From NCBI GenBank assembly GCA_038214755.1, contig JBBQRQ010000013.1, positions 9,155 through 73,154 on the forward strand: a DNA stretch of 64,000 bases. Reading direction: 5' to 3'. The notes below the pieces were generated by a model. It saw only the letters and a program-made list of their open reading frames with translations. It was not told the DNA's origin and searched no databases. A program made the position numbers and the translations under genes. The first letter of the stretch is position 1; every line of letters begins with the position of its first letter. This document shows, piece by piece, positions 38,363 through 49,079 of the stretch. Origin of the DNA: Verrucomicrobiota bacterium. Lineage in GTDB: Bacteria > Verrucomicrobiota > Verrucomicrobiia > Limisphaerales > CANJXF01.

Positions 38363-39124
38363 ATGGCAAAAACTTCTCTGACCTCCATCGTTGGTTATTG
38401 CGATAAAATTTTGCACACGGAAAAATTCACCGATTGGGACGGCGCGGCCAACGGACTTCAAGTGGAGAACCGCGGTCACGTCACCAAGATTGCGGCGACG
38501 GTGGATGCGAGTCTGGCGACGATCAAATTGGCGACAGAAGCGAAAGCGGATTTGCTTATTGTGCATCACGGGCTTTTTTGGAGCGCGACGCACCCGTGGA
38601 CAGGCCAGCGGCGAGAGATGTTGCGCCTGCTGGTGGAAAAGAATTTGGCCGTTTACAGTTCGCATCTGCCGCTGGATGCGCATCCGAGACTGGGCAACAA
38701 CGCGCAACTTTGTGCTGCGCTCGGTTTCAAAAATCTGAAGCCATTTTTCGAGAGCAAAGGACAGTTCATCGGCTGGCAAACCAAAACGAAAATTGCGCGG
38801 GGCGAATTGTCGCGGCGTCTTGGAAAAATTCTCGGCAAAACGCCGACACTCTTGCCGGGCGGTTCGGAAATTTGTGGGCGAATCGGAATCGTCACGGGCG
38901 GCGCGGGAGCGGATTTAAAAAAAGCGGCAAACGGAGACGTGGACACGTTCGTCACCGGCGAAGGTCCGCATTGGACTTATGCGCTGGCGGAAGAATTGAA
39001 TCTCAACGTTTTTTACGGCGGCCATTACGCGACTGAAGTTTTCGGCGTTAAGGCGTTGGCCGCGCATCTCTCGAAAAAATTTAAACTGCCTTGGACGTTT
39101 CTCGATCACCCGACTGGATTATAG
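38363..39124 (+). CDS. Nif3-like dinuclear metal centre protein (YbgI/DUF34)
   Basis: NGLQVE, VDAS, LLIVHHGLFW, HLPLDAHP.LGNN, FVTGE, GGHYATE.FGVKAL. Confidence 0.93.
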   Translation: MAKTSLTSIVGYCDKILHTEKFTDWDGAANGLQVENRGHVTKIAATVDASLATIKLATEAKADLLIVHHGLFWSATHPWTGQRREMLRLLVEKNLAVYSSHLPLDAHPRLGNNAQLCAALGFKNLKPFFESKGQFIGWQTKTKIARGELSRRLGKILGKTPTLLPGGSEICGRIGIVTGGAGADLKKAANGDVDTFVTGEGPHWTYALAEELNLNVFYGGHYATEVFGVKALAAHLSKKFKLPWTFLDHPTGL

Positions 39125-39126
39125 AT

Positions 39127-39272
39127 CGTAACCGACGCCGTGAGGAGGCGGACTCCGGCCAACGGAACGCCGATCTCCAGATCGGCTCGCGCACAGTCGA
39201 GCATCTGCGGCCGATCGGGAGATCGGCGTTCCTGGCGCGAGCGAAATCCGCCTCCTCACGTCGGCGGTTACG
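39127..39272. mobile_element. REP doublet nested inside a REP doublet of another family
   Basis: Outer CGTAACCGACGCCGTGAGGAGGCGGA/TCCGCCTCCTCACGTCGGCGGTTACG; inner (39164-39232) GGAACGCCGATCTCCAGATCGGC/GCCGATCGGGAGATCGGCGTTCC. Confidence 0.88.
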
Positions 39273-39276
39273 GACT

Positions 39277-41895
39277 TCAACCTTCTTCGGCCTTCGGACT
39301 TTTCCGTTTTTTTCCGAAGGCGACGAAGGCGCAGACAACGATTCCCACGCACAGCGCGCCGAGGCTGACGTAGAGCGTGTTCACCGGCGGCTCGAAACGA
39401 AATTCAATTTTCTGATTGCCCGGTTCGAGTTGAACACCGCGCATGATGTAGTTGCAGCGCAGCAACGGTTTTTTCTCGCCGTTGACGAACACTTTCCAAT
39501 CCGCGTCATACTTATCGTTCAGCAATAAAACAGACGGCGCTTTCACATCGGCAGACAATTCCACTCGCTTGGGATGATAGCTGACGATTTGGACTGAGCC
39601 GGCGATTTGATTTGTCGAAACAGTTTTTTCCCGCCCGGGAATCTCACTGCTGACGAGCACCGTTTGCTGCGGATCGAACGCGGGGTCGCTCAATTTCTCC
39701 AAAACACTTTGATCGTTGGTCACGACTTGCCATTGACTGAAAAGTTTGGCGCGCGGCAATGCGCCCGTGAACTCGATCAGGGCAAAGGTGCCGGCCGGAT
39801 TGGTTTCAATGAGATAGGCGCCACTTTGCGGATCCTGAGAAATATTGAAAGCGGTGTGAAGCTTGAAACGTTTCTGCGCGGGGTCGAGTTGGAGATTGAT
39901 CGAATCGACGAAGCCATCGGCCAACCCAAACAAGTAGCGCACATTCGTCAGTTGCCACATCCGAACAAGTCCCGGTAGTCCCGCTTTGCGAAATGCCGCG
40001 CGATAGATCGCATTGTCCGAGGCTTCCCGAGGTTCCTGCGACACGTCGATCGAGGAGATGTTGTAGTAAAGAAAATGGTGCTGGAGCCACTCGGTGTAAT
40101 AAACATTGCGATGAAAAAATGTCGTCGCGTTGTTCACCTCAAACTCTCCCGGAAATGCGACGCGATGTTCGTAAGGCTTGTCCCGCAGTATATCGATCAC
40201 CGGATTGGTCGCGTATTTTTCTTTGTAGTTGTGATAAACAATCCACGAGACATCGGCGTGCGAAAGATCGGCAATCAACAAAGCGATGATCAAGCCGCAG
40301 GCCAGTTTGATTTTCCCCGCAAATCTCCCTCGCAAAATCTGCGTAAGCAAAATGACGGACGCGGCAAAAAAAAGAACAAACCAGCCCACTTCGCCGATGC
40401 TGAATTCGGCCATTTGCGCGGGCAGCCCGGTGTCCGGTTTGTCGAAATCAAACTTTATCAGGTGAGCGACCAAAGTTTTCTTTGAGGAAGCATAGACCAT
40501 CCAGCCCAACACGGCGGCCGCCAAGGCCACACCCGTTGAGACAACCCATTTTTTCTCGAAGGACGACGCCGTCGGAAAAAGTTTTCTCGCGCCATTGGTT
40601 TTGGCGGACAAGTCGCACAGGTAGCGTCGCACTAACGCTTCGCATCCGTAGCCGAACAAGAACAGAAGTGAGATGTGAAAGGGGTGCATGAATTTCAGCG
40701 GATTGCGGAAGGTGGAAAAATAAGGAAGCGCGAAAAGAAATTGGTAGAACGGAGCATGACGTCCCCAGGCCAGTAACAAAGCGGTGAAAGCAACGATGGC
40801 CCAAAACCAAACAAACTTTTTTTCCATCGCCGTGAAAGGGCTGTTTTGTTTCCGCAACGATTGGGCGATGGCAATAACAGCGACCAGGAGCACAAAAATT
40901 CCCCCGTATTCTCCTGTGCCGGAAAAGCGCGACAGTCCTTGTTTGGTCTCCGCGTACCCGGGCGATTGCGCAATCGAACCCCAATAAGATTTTTCGTAAA
41001 ACCGGCTTTCCCCTGTGACCATGCGATAGCCGAAGACTCCGGGAATCAGTAAACCCAATGTTTCGATTTTGGGCAGACTCCATTGCGTGGCCCAGATCCA
41101 TCGTTGCTCTTTGGTTTTGTCGTCTTGTTGAGCGATGGCGATATTTGTCACTTGCGTTCCTACCAACGTGGTGATGGTGTGCGCGGCAGTCAGCGCCGCG
41201 AACACAACCACGACCGCCATCAGGGAAAACGTTTTTAAAATCGCAGACTTCGAAATTTTTTCCGCTGCCAGTCCCGCGAACAATCCAAAGATGCCAACGT
41301 AAATACTGACGATGGCTCCAACATCGAAACCTTCCATTAACCCGATGCCAATGGCGGTTCCCGCTAGAATTCCTTTGATCCACAGTCGGGAGATTTTTCT
41401 CGTCACAATGACGGCGATGGCCAAAAACGCCATGGAAAAGGCAATGATCCACCCGCCCAAACCCCAGGCGGAAAAAGAAAACATGTGCATGTTGAGGGCA
41501 GCCGCCAAACCGCCGATCAGACAGACCCAGCGATGAAATGCCAGCTCGCGAAAACAAATCCAGACAGAGATGCCGAGCAGCAGAAGGGTGAAAGGAGCGT
41601 AGAGTTTCAGCAGAATTTCCGGCGGAAAAATTGTGGTGAGCAGGACAGAGATGTCGGGTGCGGCGCTGACGGATTTCCCACCGATCCAACTTAAATCCTG
41701 CCAGTTGCCGGCGAGAGTGGCGGGCGGGCGATTCATCTCCGCCTTCACCGCGCCGAGCGGGCCATCGTTGACAAACAGAACGTGTTTGGGATCGAAACTT
41801 TTGTAAAAAAGAAAGCAGAAGATGAGGAGCAGGAGACCCAGGAAAATTAGAAAATCCCGACCGGAAACTTTTCCCGCAGAATGATTGATTTGCAT
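39277..41895 (-). CDS. YfhO-like large membrane protein (putative GT-C glycosyltransferase)
   Basis: Many TM segments; LPYFSTFRNPLKF; C-terminal ALPRA, LLLND.Y..DWKVFVNG, CNYIMRGV.L.PG..IEFRF.P. Confidence 0.8.
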   Translation of the reverse strand: MQINHSAGKVSGRDFLIFLGLLLLIFCFLFYKSFDPKHVLFVNDGPLGAVKAEMNRPPATLAGNWQDLSWIGGKSVSAAPDISVLLTTIFPPEILLKLYAPFTLLLLGISVWICFRELAFHRWVCLIGGLAAALNMHMFSFSAWGLGGWIIAFSMAFLAIAVIVTRKISRLWIKGILAGTAIGIGLMEGFDVGAIVSIYVGIFGLFAGLAAEKISKSAILKTFSLMAVVVVFAALTAAHTITTLVGTQVTNIAIAQQDDKTKEQRWIWATQWSLPKIETLGLLIPGVFGYRMVTGESRFYEKSYWGSIAQSPGYAETKQGLSRFSGTGEYGGIFVLLVAVIAIAQSLRKQNSPFTAMEKKFVWFWAIVAFTALLLAWGRHAPFYQFLFALPYFSTFRNPLKFMHPFHISLLFLFGYGCEALVRRYLCDLSAKTNGARKLFPTASSFEKKWVVSTGVALAAAVLGWMVYASSKKTLVAHLIKFDFDKPDTGLPAQMAEFSIGEVGWFVLFFAASVILLTQILRGRFAGKIKLACGLIIALLIADLSHADVSWIVYHNYKEKYATNPVIDILRDKPYEHRVAFPGEFEVNNATTFFHRNVYYTEWLQHHFLYYNISSIDVSQEPREASDNAIYRAAFRKAGLPGLVRMWQLTNVRYLFGLADGFVDSINLQLDPAQKRFKLHTAFNISQDPQSGAYLIETNPAGTFALIEFTGALPRAKLFSQWQVVTNDQSVLEKLSDPAFDPQQTVLVSSEIPGREKTVSTNQIAGSVQIVSYHPKRVELSADVKAPSVLLLNDKYDADWKVFVNGEKKPLLRCNYIMRGVQLEPGNQKIEFRFEPPVNTLYVSLGALCVGIVVCAFVAFGKKRKSPKAEEG

Positions 41896-41994
41896 AAATG
41901 ATGTCGAGCCGCGCGGCCAACAGACGTTAGCGGGAAATATTCCGAAGCCAACTGCCAATTGCTGCGCGGCCAAATTTCGGGTATGATTGAAACC

Positions 41995-42164
41995 GGGTGA
42001 GGCGGGATTTGGTTTCCGTGGACTGCGGCGGCATGGCGCCGCTTTTCCTGCACGTTACGCGATGGAGAAAGTGCTCAATAGGGACCTTCCCCGCTCTTCC
42101 ACCGTGCAGCCAAAGCGGGGACTTGTCCCCGCAGTCCGAAATAAGATCGGTTCCCGCCTCACCC
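41995..42164. mobile_element. GGA(C/G)TGCG-family element (42019-42137) inside a 13-bp perfect inverted repeat
   Basis: GGGTGAGGCGGGA ... TCCCGCCTCACCC flanking TGGACTGCGGCGGCATGGCGCCGCTTT ... AAAGCGGGGACTTGTCCCCGCAGTCC. Confidence 0.8.
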
Positions 42165-42261
42165 ATTTTTAATCACACCCCTACATTTCGGAAGGCGGCG
42201 AGTCCGGTTCAATCGCTAGGCGTTTGGCAAAATCGATTTCCGAAACGTGTCAGTAACAGAA

Positions 42262-42326
42262 CGGAGCGCAGAGCATTCCTCTGCGCGTTGATCCCTCTAT
42301 TTTCGAGCGGAGCAATGCTCCGCGCT
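42262..42326. repeat. REP-like doublet upstream of panE
   Basis: GGAGCGCAGAGCATTCCTCTGCGC ... GCGGAGCAATGCTCCGCGCT. Confidence 0.65.
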
Positions 42327-42395
42327 TTTCGTGGCCTTGGTTGGCTTGTGTTTTAATTGAATCGTCCTGGCTTATGTTTTATTTCGTTTCGCGAT

Positions 42396-43376
42396 ATGAA
42401 AATCGGAATCGTCGGTTGCGGCGCATTGGGAAGTTATTACGGGGCGAAACTCTGTCGTGACGGAAACGAAACTCATTTCCTTTTGCGTTCCGACTACGAC
42501 ATTGTCCGACGCAATGGAGTTCGCATTCTCAGCGACGAAGGTAATTTTCACGTGAACCCCAAGTGCGCGCGCGGCCCGCACGAAATTGGCATCTGCGATT
42601 TGATTTTGATCGCTTTGAAAACCACGGCCAACCATCAATTTTCAAAATTGATTCCGCCGCTCGTGGGAGAGAAAACCGCCATCCTCACCCTGCAAAATGG
42701 GTTGGGCAACGAAGCGCAACTGGCAAAATTATTTGGCGCGGAAAAAATTTTGGGCGGTCTCTGTTTCATTTGTTTGAATCGAATTGAACCCGGAGTCGTT
42801 CGGCAAACCGGCGCTGGAAAAATGGTGATGGGCGAATTTCAACGCTGGCCGGAGCCGCGCACGCATGACATCGCCGCCGCGTTTCGCCACGCGGGCACAG
42901 TGTGCAAAGTGGCGGATGATCTGGAGCGAGCGCATTGGGAAAAACTGGTCTGGAACATTCCCTTCAACGGCCTCGGAGTGGCGGGCGCGGTGGAAATTGA
43001 TTCTGTGCTCAACGGAAAAATCGGATCGTCTGTGGTCGGCGCGTGTCTCGCCACCGACGCGTTGTTGTCAGATGCGCGTTGGGAAAAACTCGTTCGCGAA
43101 TTGATGGCTGAAATCATCGCCACTGCGCAGGCGCTCGGGCTGAAAGTAAAAAATGATCGCGCAGAAAAGGAAATCAGCCGCACGCGAAAGCTCGGCTCCT
43201 ACAAAGCATCGACGCTGATTGATTTCGAAAGAAGGCAACCGCTGGAATTGGACGCGTTGTTTCTTGAACCGCTTCGACAAGCGAAAATTTGCAAGGTTCC
43301 AACACCGCGACTGAGTGCGTTGTGCAAAATTTTGCAGGAACTGGATTCTGCTGGGGAGATAAAAACGCACAGATGA
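42396..43376 (+). CDS. panE: 2-dehydropantoate 2-reductase
   Basis: KIGIVGCGALGSYYG, LKTT.N, LTLQNGLGNE, WEKLVWNIPFNG, Y..ST..D....PLE. Confidence 0.9.
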   Translation: MKIGIVGCGALGSYYGAKLCRDGNETHFLLRSDYDIVRRNGVRILSDEGNFHVNPKCARGPHEIGICDLILIALKTTANHQFSKLIPPLVGEKTAILTLQNGLGNEAQLAKLFGAEKILGGLCFICLNRIEPGVVRQTGAGKMVMGEFQRWPEPRTHDIAAAFRHAGTVCKVADDLERAHWEKLVWNIPFNGLGVAGAVEIDSVLNGKIGSSVVGACLATDALLSDARWEKLVRELMAEIIATAQALGLKVKNDRAEKEISRTRKLGSYKASTLIDFERRQPLELDALFLEPLRQAKICKVPTPRLSALCKILQELDSAGEIKTHR

Positions 43377-43422
43377 TGGTCCCCTCACGTGGTAGCTCAC
43401 TTGCTTGAATTCGCCGTGCGGC

Positions 43423-44743
<1,321 letters not shown>

Positions 44744-44844
44744 TTCGGAATTATTTTCATGCGCGTCAATGCGTCAGCCTTGTTTCTCCTCATAGCTGCG
44801 ATTAGGTTTTGTCCATGAAGCTGAGAGAAAATCCGACACCCTAT

Positions 44845-45258
44845 ATGGGCGAAGTCAGAGCCAAAGTTAAATTGACGAACACGGCGGATGCTGCGGCTGC
44901 GGCCGAGGGCCGCTTGCCTCTCGATGCGGTGCGTTCGGTGGAAGCGGAGGCGTTGGTGGACACGGGCGCCATTCGTTCATGCGTGCCCGCGTCGCTATTG
45001 GAAAAACTCGGAGTGAAACCAGTCGAAAAAGTTGTCGTGGAATATGCCGATGGCCGCAAGGAGCCAGTGGATTTGATGGAAGCCATTCGTTTTGAAATTA
45101 TGGATCGTCGCTCGAGTGACGATGCGTTCGCTCTGGGTAACGAAATTCTCATCGGCCAAACGCTTTTGGAGAAAATGGATTTGCTCGTGGACTGCGCGCG
45201 ACAGAAACTCATTCCCAACCCCGCTCATCCCGACTTTGCAGTGACAAAGGTTAAATAG
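44845..45258 (+). CDS. Clan AA (retropepsin-like) aspartic protease
   Basis: MGEVRAKVKLTN, ALVDTGA, YADGR, LIGQTLLEKMDLLVD; start could be 44815. Confidence 0.85.
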   Translation: MGEVRAKVKLTNTADAAAAAEGRLPLDAVRSVEAEALVDTGAIRSCVPASLLEKLGVKPVEKVVVEYADGRKEPVDLMEAIRFEIMDRRSSDDAFALGNEILIGQTLLEKMDLLVDCARQKLIPNPAHPDFAVTKVK

Positions 45259-45285
45259 CCGAAGCCAGCAAGGCCGAATCATTCC

Positions 45286-45478
45286 GTGAAGAGAAACGCT
45301 CGACCTCACCCCGGCCCTCTCCTCCGCAGAGAGGGAGGATCATTTCCGCTTTTTTTAATTGGGCGCGGGCCAGTTATTATCCGTTTCTTTGCGAGTGGCG
45401 CGAATGCGGGATCGGCAAAACGCGCCTCGTGGTTTTCAAGAAATGTCCATGATGGTTCCCTCTCCGGCGTGGGTTTGA
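45286..45478. repeat. CCTCACCCCGGCCCTCTCC-family element with degenerate right arm
   Basis: 41 bp (45286-45326) identical to 60505-60545; partial GGTTCCCTCTCC at about 45454. Confidence 0.8.
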
Positions 45479-45518
45479 ATATTACTAACTGAGGCGGCGG
45501 CGGATTTACGAAAAATTT

Positions 45519-46142
45519 TTGAAGGCACTGATCGCAAACTTGGGCGCGTGGTATTTGGCGGCGTTGAAAACCGGCGGGTATCCCCTCATCGCCGCATTCA
45601 TGGCGATTGAAAGTTCGATCCTTCCGCTCCCCAGCGAAGTCATCATTCCACCCGCCGCGCATCTCGCCCACACGACGGGACAATTTACTTATTGGGGAAT
45701 TGTTTTGGCGGGAACCATTGGCTCGTGGGTGGGCGCGGCCGTCATGTATTGGATTTCGCGCGTGGCGGGACGGCCCTTCGTTTTGCGCTATGGAAAATAT
45801 TTTTTTATTCCCCCGGAAAAAGTTCACGCGGCGGAACGCTGGGCGGAACGAGTCGGTCCGTTCGGTGTGTTCATCGCGCGCTTGTTACCGGTCGTCCGGC
45901 ATTTGATCGGGATTCCGATGGGCATCGTGAAAATGGATTTCAAACTTTACTCGATTTACACGATTCTCGGCTCCGCCATCTGGTGCAGCATTTTGTGCTG
46001 GCTCGGCGTCGTTGTCGGCAGCGACGAAAAAGTTCTCAAAGGCGATACGACGCGAATCGCTCTGTGGTTGATCGGCGCGGTGGTTGTTCTTGGACTGCTC
46101 TATTATTTCGCAGTGCATCGGCCGATGAAGAAAAAAGTTTGA
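45519..46142 (+). CDS. dedA: DedA-family membrane protein
   Basis: MAIESSILPLPSEVIIPPA, GTIGSWVG, GRPFVLRYGKY, ARLLPVVRHLI.IP.G. Confidence 0.92.
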   Translation: MKALIANLGAWYLAALKTGGYPLIAAFMAIESSILPLPSEVIIPPAAHLAHTTGQFTYWGIVLAGTIGSWVGAAVMYWISRVAGRPFVLRYGKYFFIPPEKVHAAERWAERVGPFGVFIARLLPVVRHLIGIPMGIVKMDFKLYSIYTILGSAIWCSILCWLGVVVGSDEKVLKGDTTRIALWLIGAVVVLGLLYYFAVHRPMKKKV

Positions 46143-46192
46143 GCGGTAGCGTTTGCCTCTGGCGGCTTCGCGCTCCGTTTGGTTGGGCATGG

Positions 46193-46297
46193 GGAAACCG
46201 CTCAAGCGGTTGAACTCGCCTCACGACCTCAACACCCGGCTGAAGCCGGGTGCTAATGAGATTCGGAACGAACGTTGCAAGAAACTGAGATGCGCCC
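46193..46297. repeat. Palindromic intergenic element remnant
   Basis: Hairpins AACCGCTCAAGCGGTT and CACCCGGCTGAAGCCGGGTG; ends in TGAGATGCGCCC as at 35287-35298. Confidence 0.6.
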
Positions 46298-46360
46298 GCC
46301 AGATCTGCCCTCGCTCCTTTCCCCTCGACAACGCATTCGGATGTGAAAAATTATTGCCCA

Positions 46361-47200
46361 ATGAAAAACTCCCTTTTTCAGACGGTGTTGATGCTGCTGT
46401 TTGCTTTTTCCACTTTCGCGCGCGCCGAAAAAAAAGAGCCGGGCTGGACGCCGTTGTTTAATGGAAAAGATTTTAGCGGCTGGTATATCATCAGCGGCCA
46501 GAAACCAAAAAATGAAGACCCGACTCATTTATTCCAAGTTCATGACGGAATGGTGCACATGTATAAAGACGCGGAAAATGGGAGCAAACAACCTTCGGGC
46601 TACATCGTGACGGAAAAAGAATTTTCCAGTTATCACCTTCGATTCCAATACAAGTGGGGCGGAAAAAAATTTCAGCCGAAAGAAAATGCGAGGCGCGACG
46701 CGGGGTTGCTTTATCACGTGATCGGCAAGGACGGCGTCTGGCCCAAGAGCGTCGAGTGCCAGATTCAGGAGGGCGATACGGGAGATATTTTCACGGTTTC
46801 CACGAGGGTGACTACGACGGTGGATCCGAAAACGACTAACGTGGTTTCTGAGATTTTCACCAATGCCGCTGGTGTGATGAGGACGAACCAGACGGTGCGT
46901 CCGAAATTTATGGAGATGGGCGACGGTGGCGTGGTTTTTGTGCAGGGCGTTTCCAACAACATTCGGCGGGTGATAAGAAATCCCGAAAACGAACGCGAAG
47001 GGTGGAACACAGTGGAGGTGATCGTTCGCGGCGACAGCGCGACGCACATCATCAACGGAAAAGTGAATAACAGAATTTTGCATCTCGAACAGATGGTCGA
47101 GGACAAATGGGTTCCGCTGACCAAAGGGAAAATTCTTTTGCAACAGGAAGGGGCGGAAGTTTTTTATCGGAACATCGAAATTAAAATGTTGGCCGACTGA
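46361..47200 (+). CDS. DUF1080 (3-keto-disaccharide hydrolase-like) exported protein
   Basis: Signal peptide; GWTPLFNGKDFSGW, YHLRFQYKWG, RDAG, WPKSVECQIQEGDTGD, WNTVEV, LQQEGAEVFYRNIEIK. Confidence 0.9.
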   Translation: MKNSLFQTVLMLLFAFSTFARAEKKEPGWTPLFNGKDFSGWYIISGQKPKNEDPTHLFQVHDGMVHMYKDAENGSKQPSGYIVTEKEFSSYHLRFQYKWGGKKFQPKENARRDAGLLYHVIGKDGVWPKSVECQIQEGDTGDIFTVSTRVTTTVDPKTTNVVSEIFTNAAGVMRTNQTVRPKFMEMGDGGVVFVQGVSNNIRRVIRNPENEREGWNTVEVIVRGDSATHIINGKVNNRILHLEQMVEDKWVPLTKGKILLQQEGAEVFYRNIEIKMLAD

Positions 47201-47206
47201 TTTTTT

Positions 47207-47353
47207 GGAGCGGCGCGTCTGTGACCGCCGCGGTTTGGCAATTCGAGTTCGGTGGTCGGACGCGCTGCAACAATAGGATTTGAAATGCGGCGCTGACAGG
47301 GACCCCGCTACAATTTAAATTTAAAAATGCGGCGGTCACAGACGCGCCGCTAC
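47207..47353. mobile_element. REP doublet/triplet (GTAGCGGCGCGTCTGTGACCGCCG family)
   Basis: TGGAGCGGCGCGTCTGTGACCGCCGC ... GCGGCGCTGACAGGGACCCCGCTACA ... GCGGCGGTCACAGACGCGCCGCTACA. Confidence 0.8.
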
Positions 47354-47358
47354 AGGTG

Positions 47359-47667
47359 ATGACTGAGGAATTTGACGAGACCAAACCATTCGAGCTTGCT
47401 GTCGATGGAGTTTTGGATTTGCACACGTTCCAGCCGAAAGAAATTGGCGGTCTCATTCCAGAATATCTGGCCGCTTGCCAGGAGCGCGGGATTCTTCAGG
47501 CACGGATTATTCATGGCAAGGGGATTGGAAATTTGAAGCGGAGCGTCCACGCAATTCTCGGCAGGAATCCTGAAGTGGTTTCGTTTTCGCTGGCTCATCC
47601 CATCTTTGGCGGAGACGGCGCGACAATGGTTTTGTTAAGACCCTGTTTGAAAACCCGAATCCCGTAG
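47359..47667 (+). CDS. Stand-alone Smr/MutS2-domain endonuclease
   Basis: DGVLDLHTFQP, YL..C, RIIHGKG.G.L...VH..L, GG.GAT.V.L. Confidence 0.9.
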   Translation: MTEEFDETKPFELAVDGVLDLHTFQPKEIGGLIPEYLAACQERGILQARIIHGKGIGNLKRSVHAILGRNPEVVSFSLAHPIFGGDGATMVLLRPCLKTRIP

Positions 47668-47735
47668 CCGCCGAGGTCACGAGGCGGATCATTCTTTCGA
47701 TAGGCCATCATCCGCCTCCTCACGTCGGCGGCTAC
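47664..47735. mobile_element. REP doublet (GTAGCCGCCGA family) supplying the Smr gene stop codon
   Basis: GTAGCCGCCGAGGTCACGAGGCGGAT ... ATCCGCCTCCTCACGTCGGCGGCTAC. Confidence 0.85.
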
Positions 47736-47776
47736 ATTTTTTTCAGATCGGCTCTCAGACCAAAAACGGATTGACC

Positions 47777-47884
47777 GTCGCGCAGGTTTTTAACCTGCCG
47801 TATCGCGGGTTTGCAAGCTGCTGGATGTCGCGACGCCCTGCCGGTTGCAAACCGGCGATACTGCAGCTTGCAAAGCTGCGCTAC
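47777..47884. mobile_element. REP-like doublet (GTxGCGCAG...CTGCGCTAC family)
   Basis: GTCGCGCAGGTTTTTAACCTGCCGTATCGC ... GCCGGTTGCAAACCGGCGATACTGCAGCTTGCAAAGCTGCGCTAC. Confidence 0.75.
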
Positions 47885-47905
47885 GTTTGAATGCAAAGTC
47901 CCGCA

Positions 47906-49021
47906 TTAACGCGACTGGACCAGGACACGAAAGGGGCGGCCGAGATGTTCGGGATGGGTCAACGTTTGAAATTGTTTTCGGCGGGCGGAATTCCATTCCT
48001 CAAAAAGTTGAGGCATCGCCCAGGTTTTTTCCGCGATGGTTGTCAAAAACTTCGTTTGAGAAATCAGCGCATCGGTTTTTAACCCGGCGGACTCTCCCGC
48101 ATTTTTCAACGCGCTGAAATTAACATGAGCCGTTAAATCTTGTTCGCCTGGCCTCGCCAGCAAATCATTATTTCCATGATGACGCGAGAACGCCCGCAAA
48201 GTTCCAGCGCTTCTTTCCGGCACAAAAAATTCTTCGGCGAGCAATCCATAATCAATCGCGACCAGCTTGCCTTCCTGCAAAAAGTTCGCAGCCTCCGTCC
48301 ACCATCCAGTCGCAGCGGGACAAACTTCGGTGGTGAATTGGTCGGGCAAAACTTCTATTAGCTCGGGTGGAAGTGCGGGAGCCAAAATCGCCGGGCGTGA
48401 TTTTTCGGGAAGGCGTTTCCAATAAAAATTTGTGCCATCGAATCCGACGCCCCATTCGAACCAGGATTTGCTGTTGGCCTCCCATCCGAAACGGTGCGCC
48501 GGCAGCGCGTCGAGAAGTTCGTTGCAAAAAACGATTGTGAAACGCGGAACGCGGAATGCGGAACGCGGAAAATCGGACCAGTCGGCACGCCATGAAATAT
48601 TGTCTGCAAATTCAGCGAGAGTTTTGCTCTGCCAATTTTTGCGGCGCAGGGAAGGTTCGAGGATGCAGTAATCGAGGTGTTCGAAAATTTCCGGCCTGAA
48701 TTTTTTCAGCCAACTCAAGATGTCCGAGGCAAGTTGTCCATCGTGCGCGCCCGCTTCCAGAATTTGCAAATTCACTTTTCCGCGTTCCGCGTTCTGCGTT
48801 CCGCGTTCCTCCAGCCATTCCGCGAATTGAAAGGCGAGCAATTCGCCGAACAAAGTTCCCACGCTGACGCTGGTGAAAAAATCCCCGCGCCGGCCTATTT
48901 CCAGCTCGCGTTCGTAATAGCCTTCGCCGGGAGAATAGAGCGCGACTTCCATGAATCTGGCGAAGGAAATAGCTCCGGCATTTTCAAGCTCCGTTCGCAA
49001 TTTTGAAATGATTCCCGTCAT
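47906..49021 (-). CDS. SAM-dependent methyltransferase, MidA/NDUFAF7 family, with two heptamer-tract insertions
   Basis: ISFARFMEVALY.P..GYY, GDFFTS, ILEAGAHDG.LA.D, NELLDALP, IDYG, PGEQDLTAHVNF, LG..FRVLVQ. Confidence 0.92.
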   Translation of the reverse strand: MTGIISKLRTELENAGAISFARFMEVALYSPGEGYYERELEIGRRGDFFTSVSVGTLFGELLAFQFAEWLEERGTQNAERGKVNLQILEAGAHDGQLASDILSWLKKFRPEIFEHLDYCILEPSLRRKNWQSKTLAEFADNISWRADWSDFPRSAFRVPRFTIVFCNELLDALPAHRFGWEANSKSWFEWGVGFDGTNFYWKRLPEKSRPAILAPALPPELIEVLPDQFTTEVCPAATGWWTEAANFLQEGKLVAIDYGLLAEEFFVPERSAGTLRAFSRHHGNNDLLARPGEQDLTAHVNFSALKNAGESAGLKTDALISQTKFLTTIAEKTWAMPQLFEEWNSARRKQFQTLTHPEHLGRPFRVLVQSR

Positions 49022-49079
49022 TGACTTGCAGTATTGAGACAAGTTGGTAAAAAAGCTGCTATCACTCGGATTATTTTAT

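Noticed and set aside
40448..41920. 490-aa alternative-frame ORF within the YfhO-like gene
   Set aside because: Arg/Ser-rich shadow frame of a hydrophobic gene in GC-rich DNA; no motifs.
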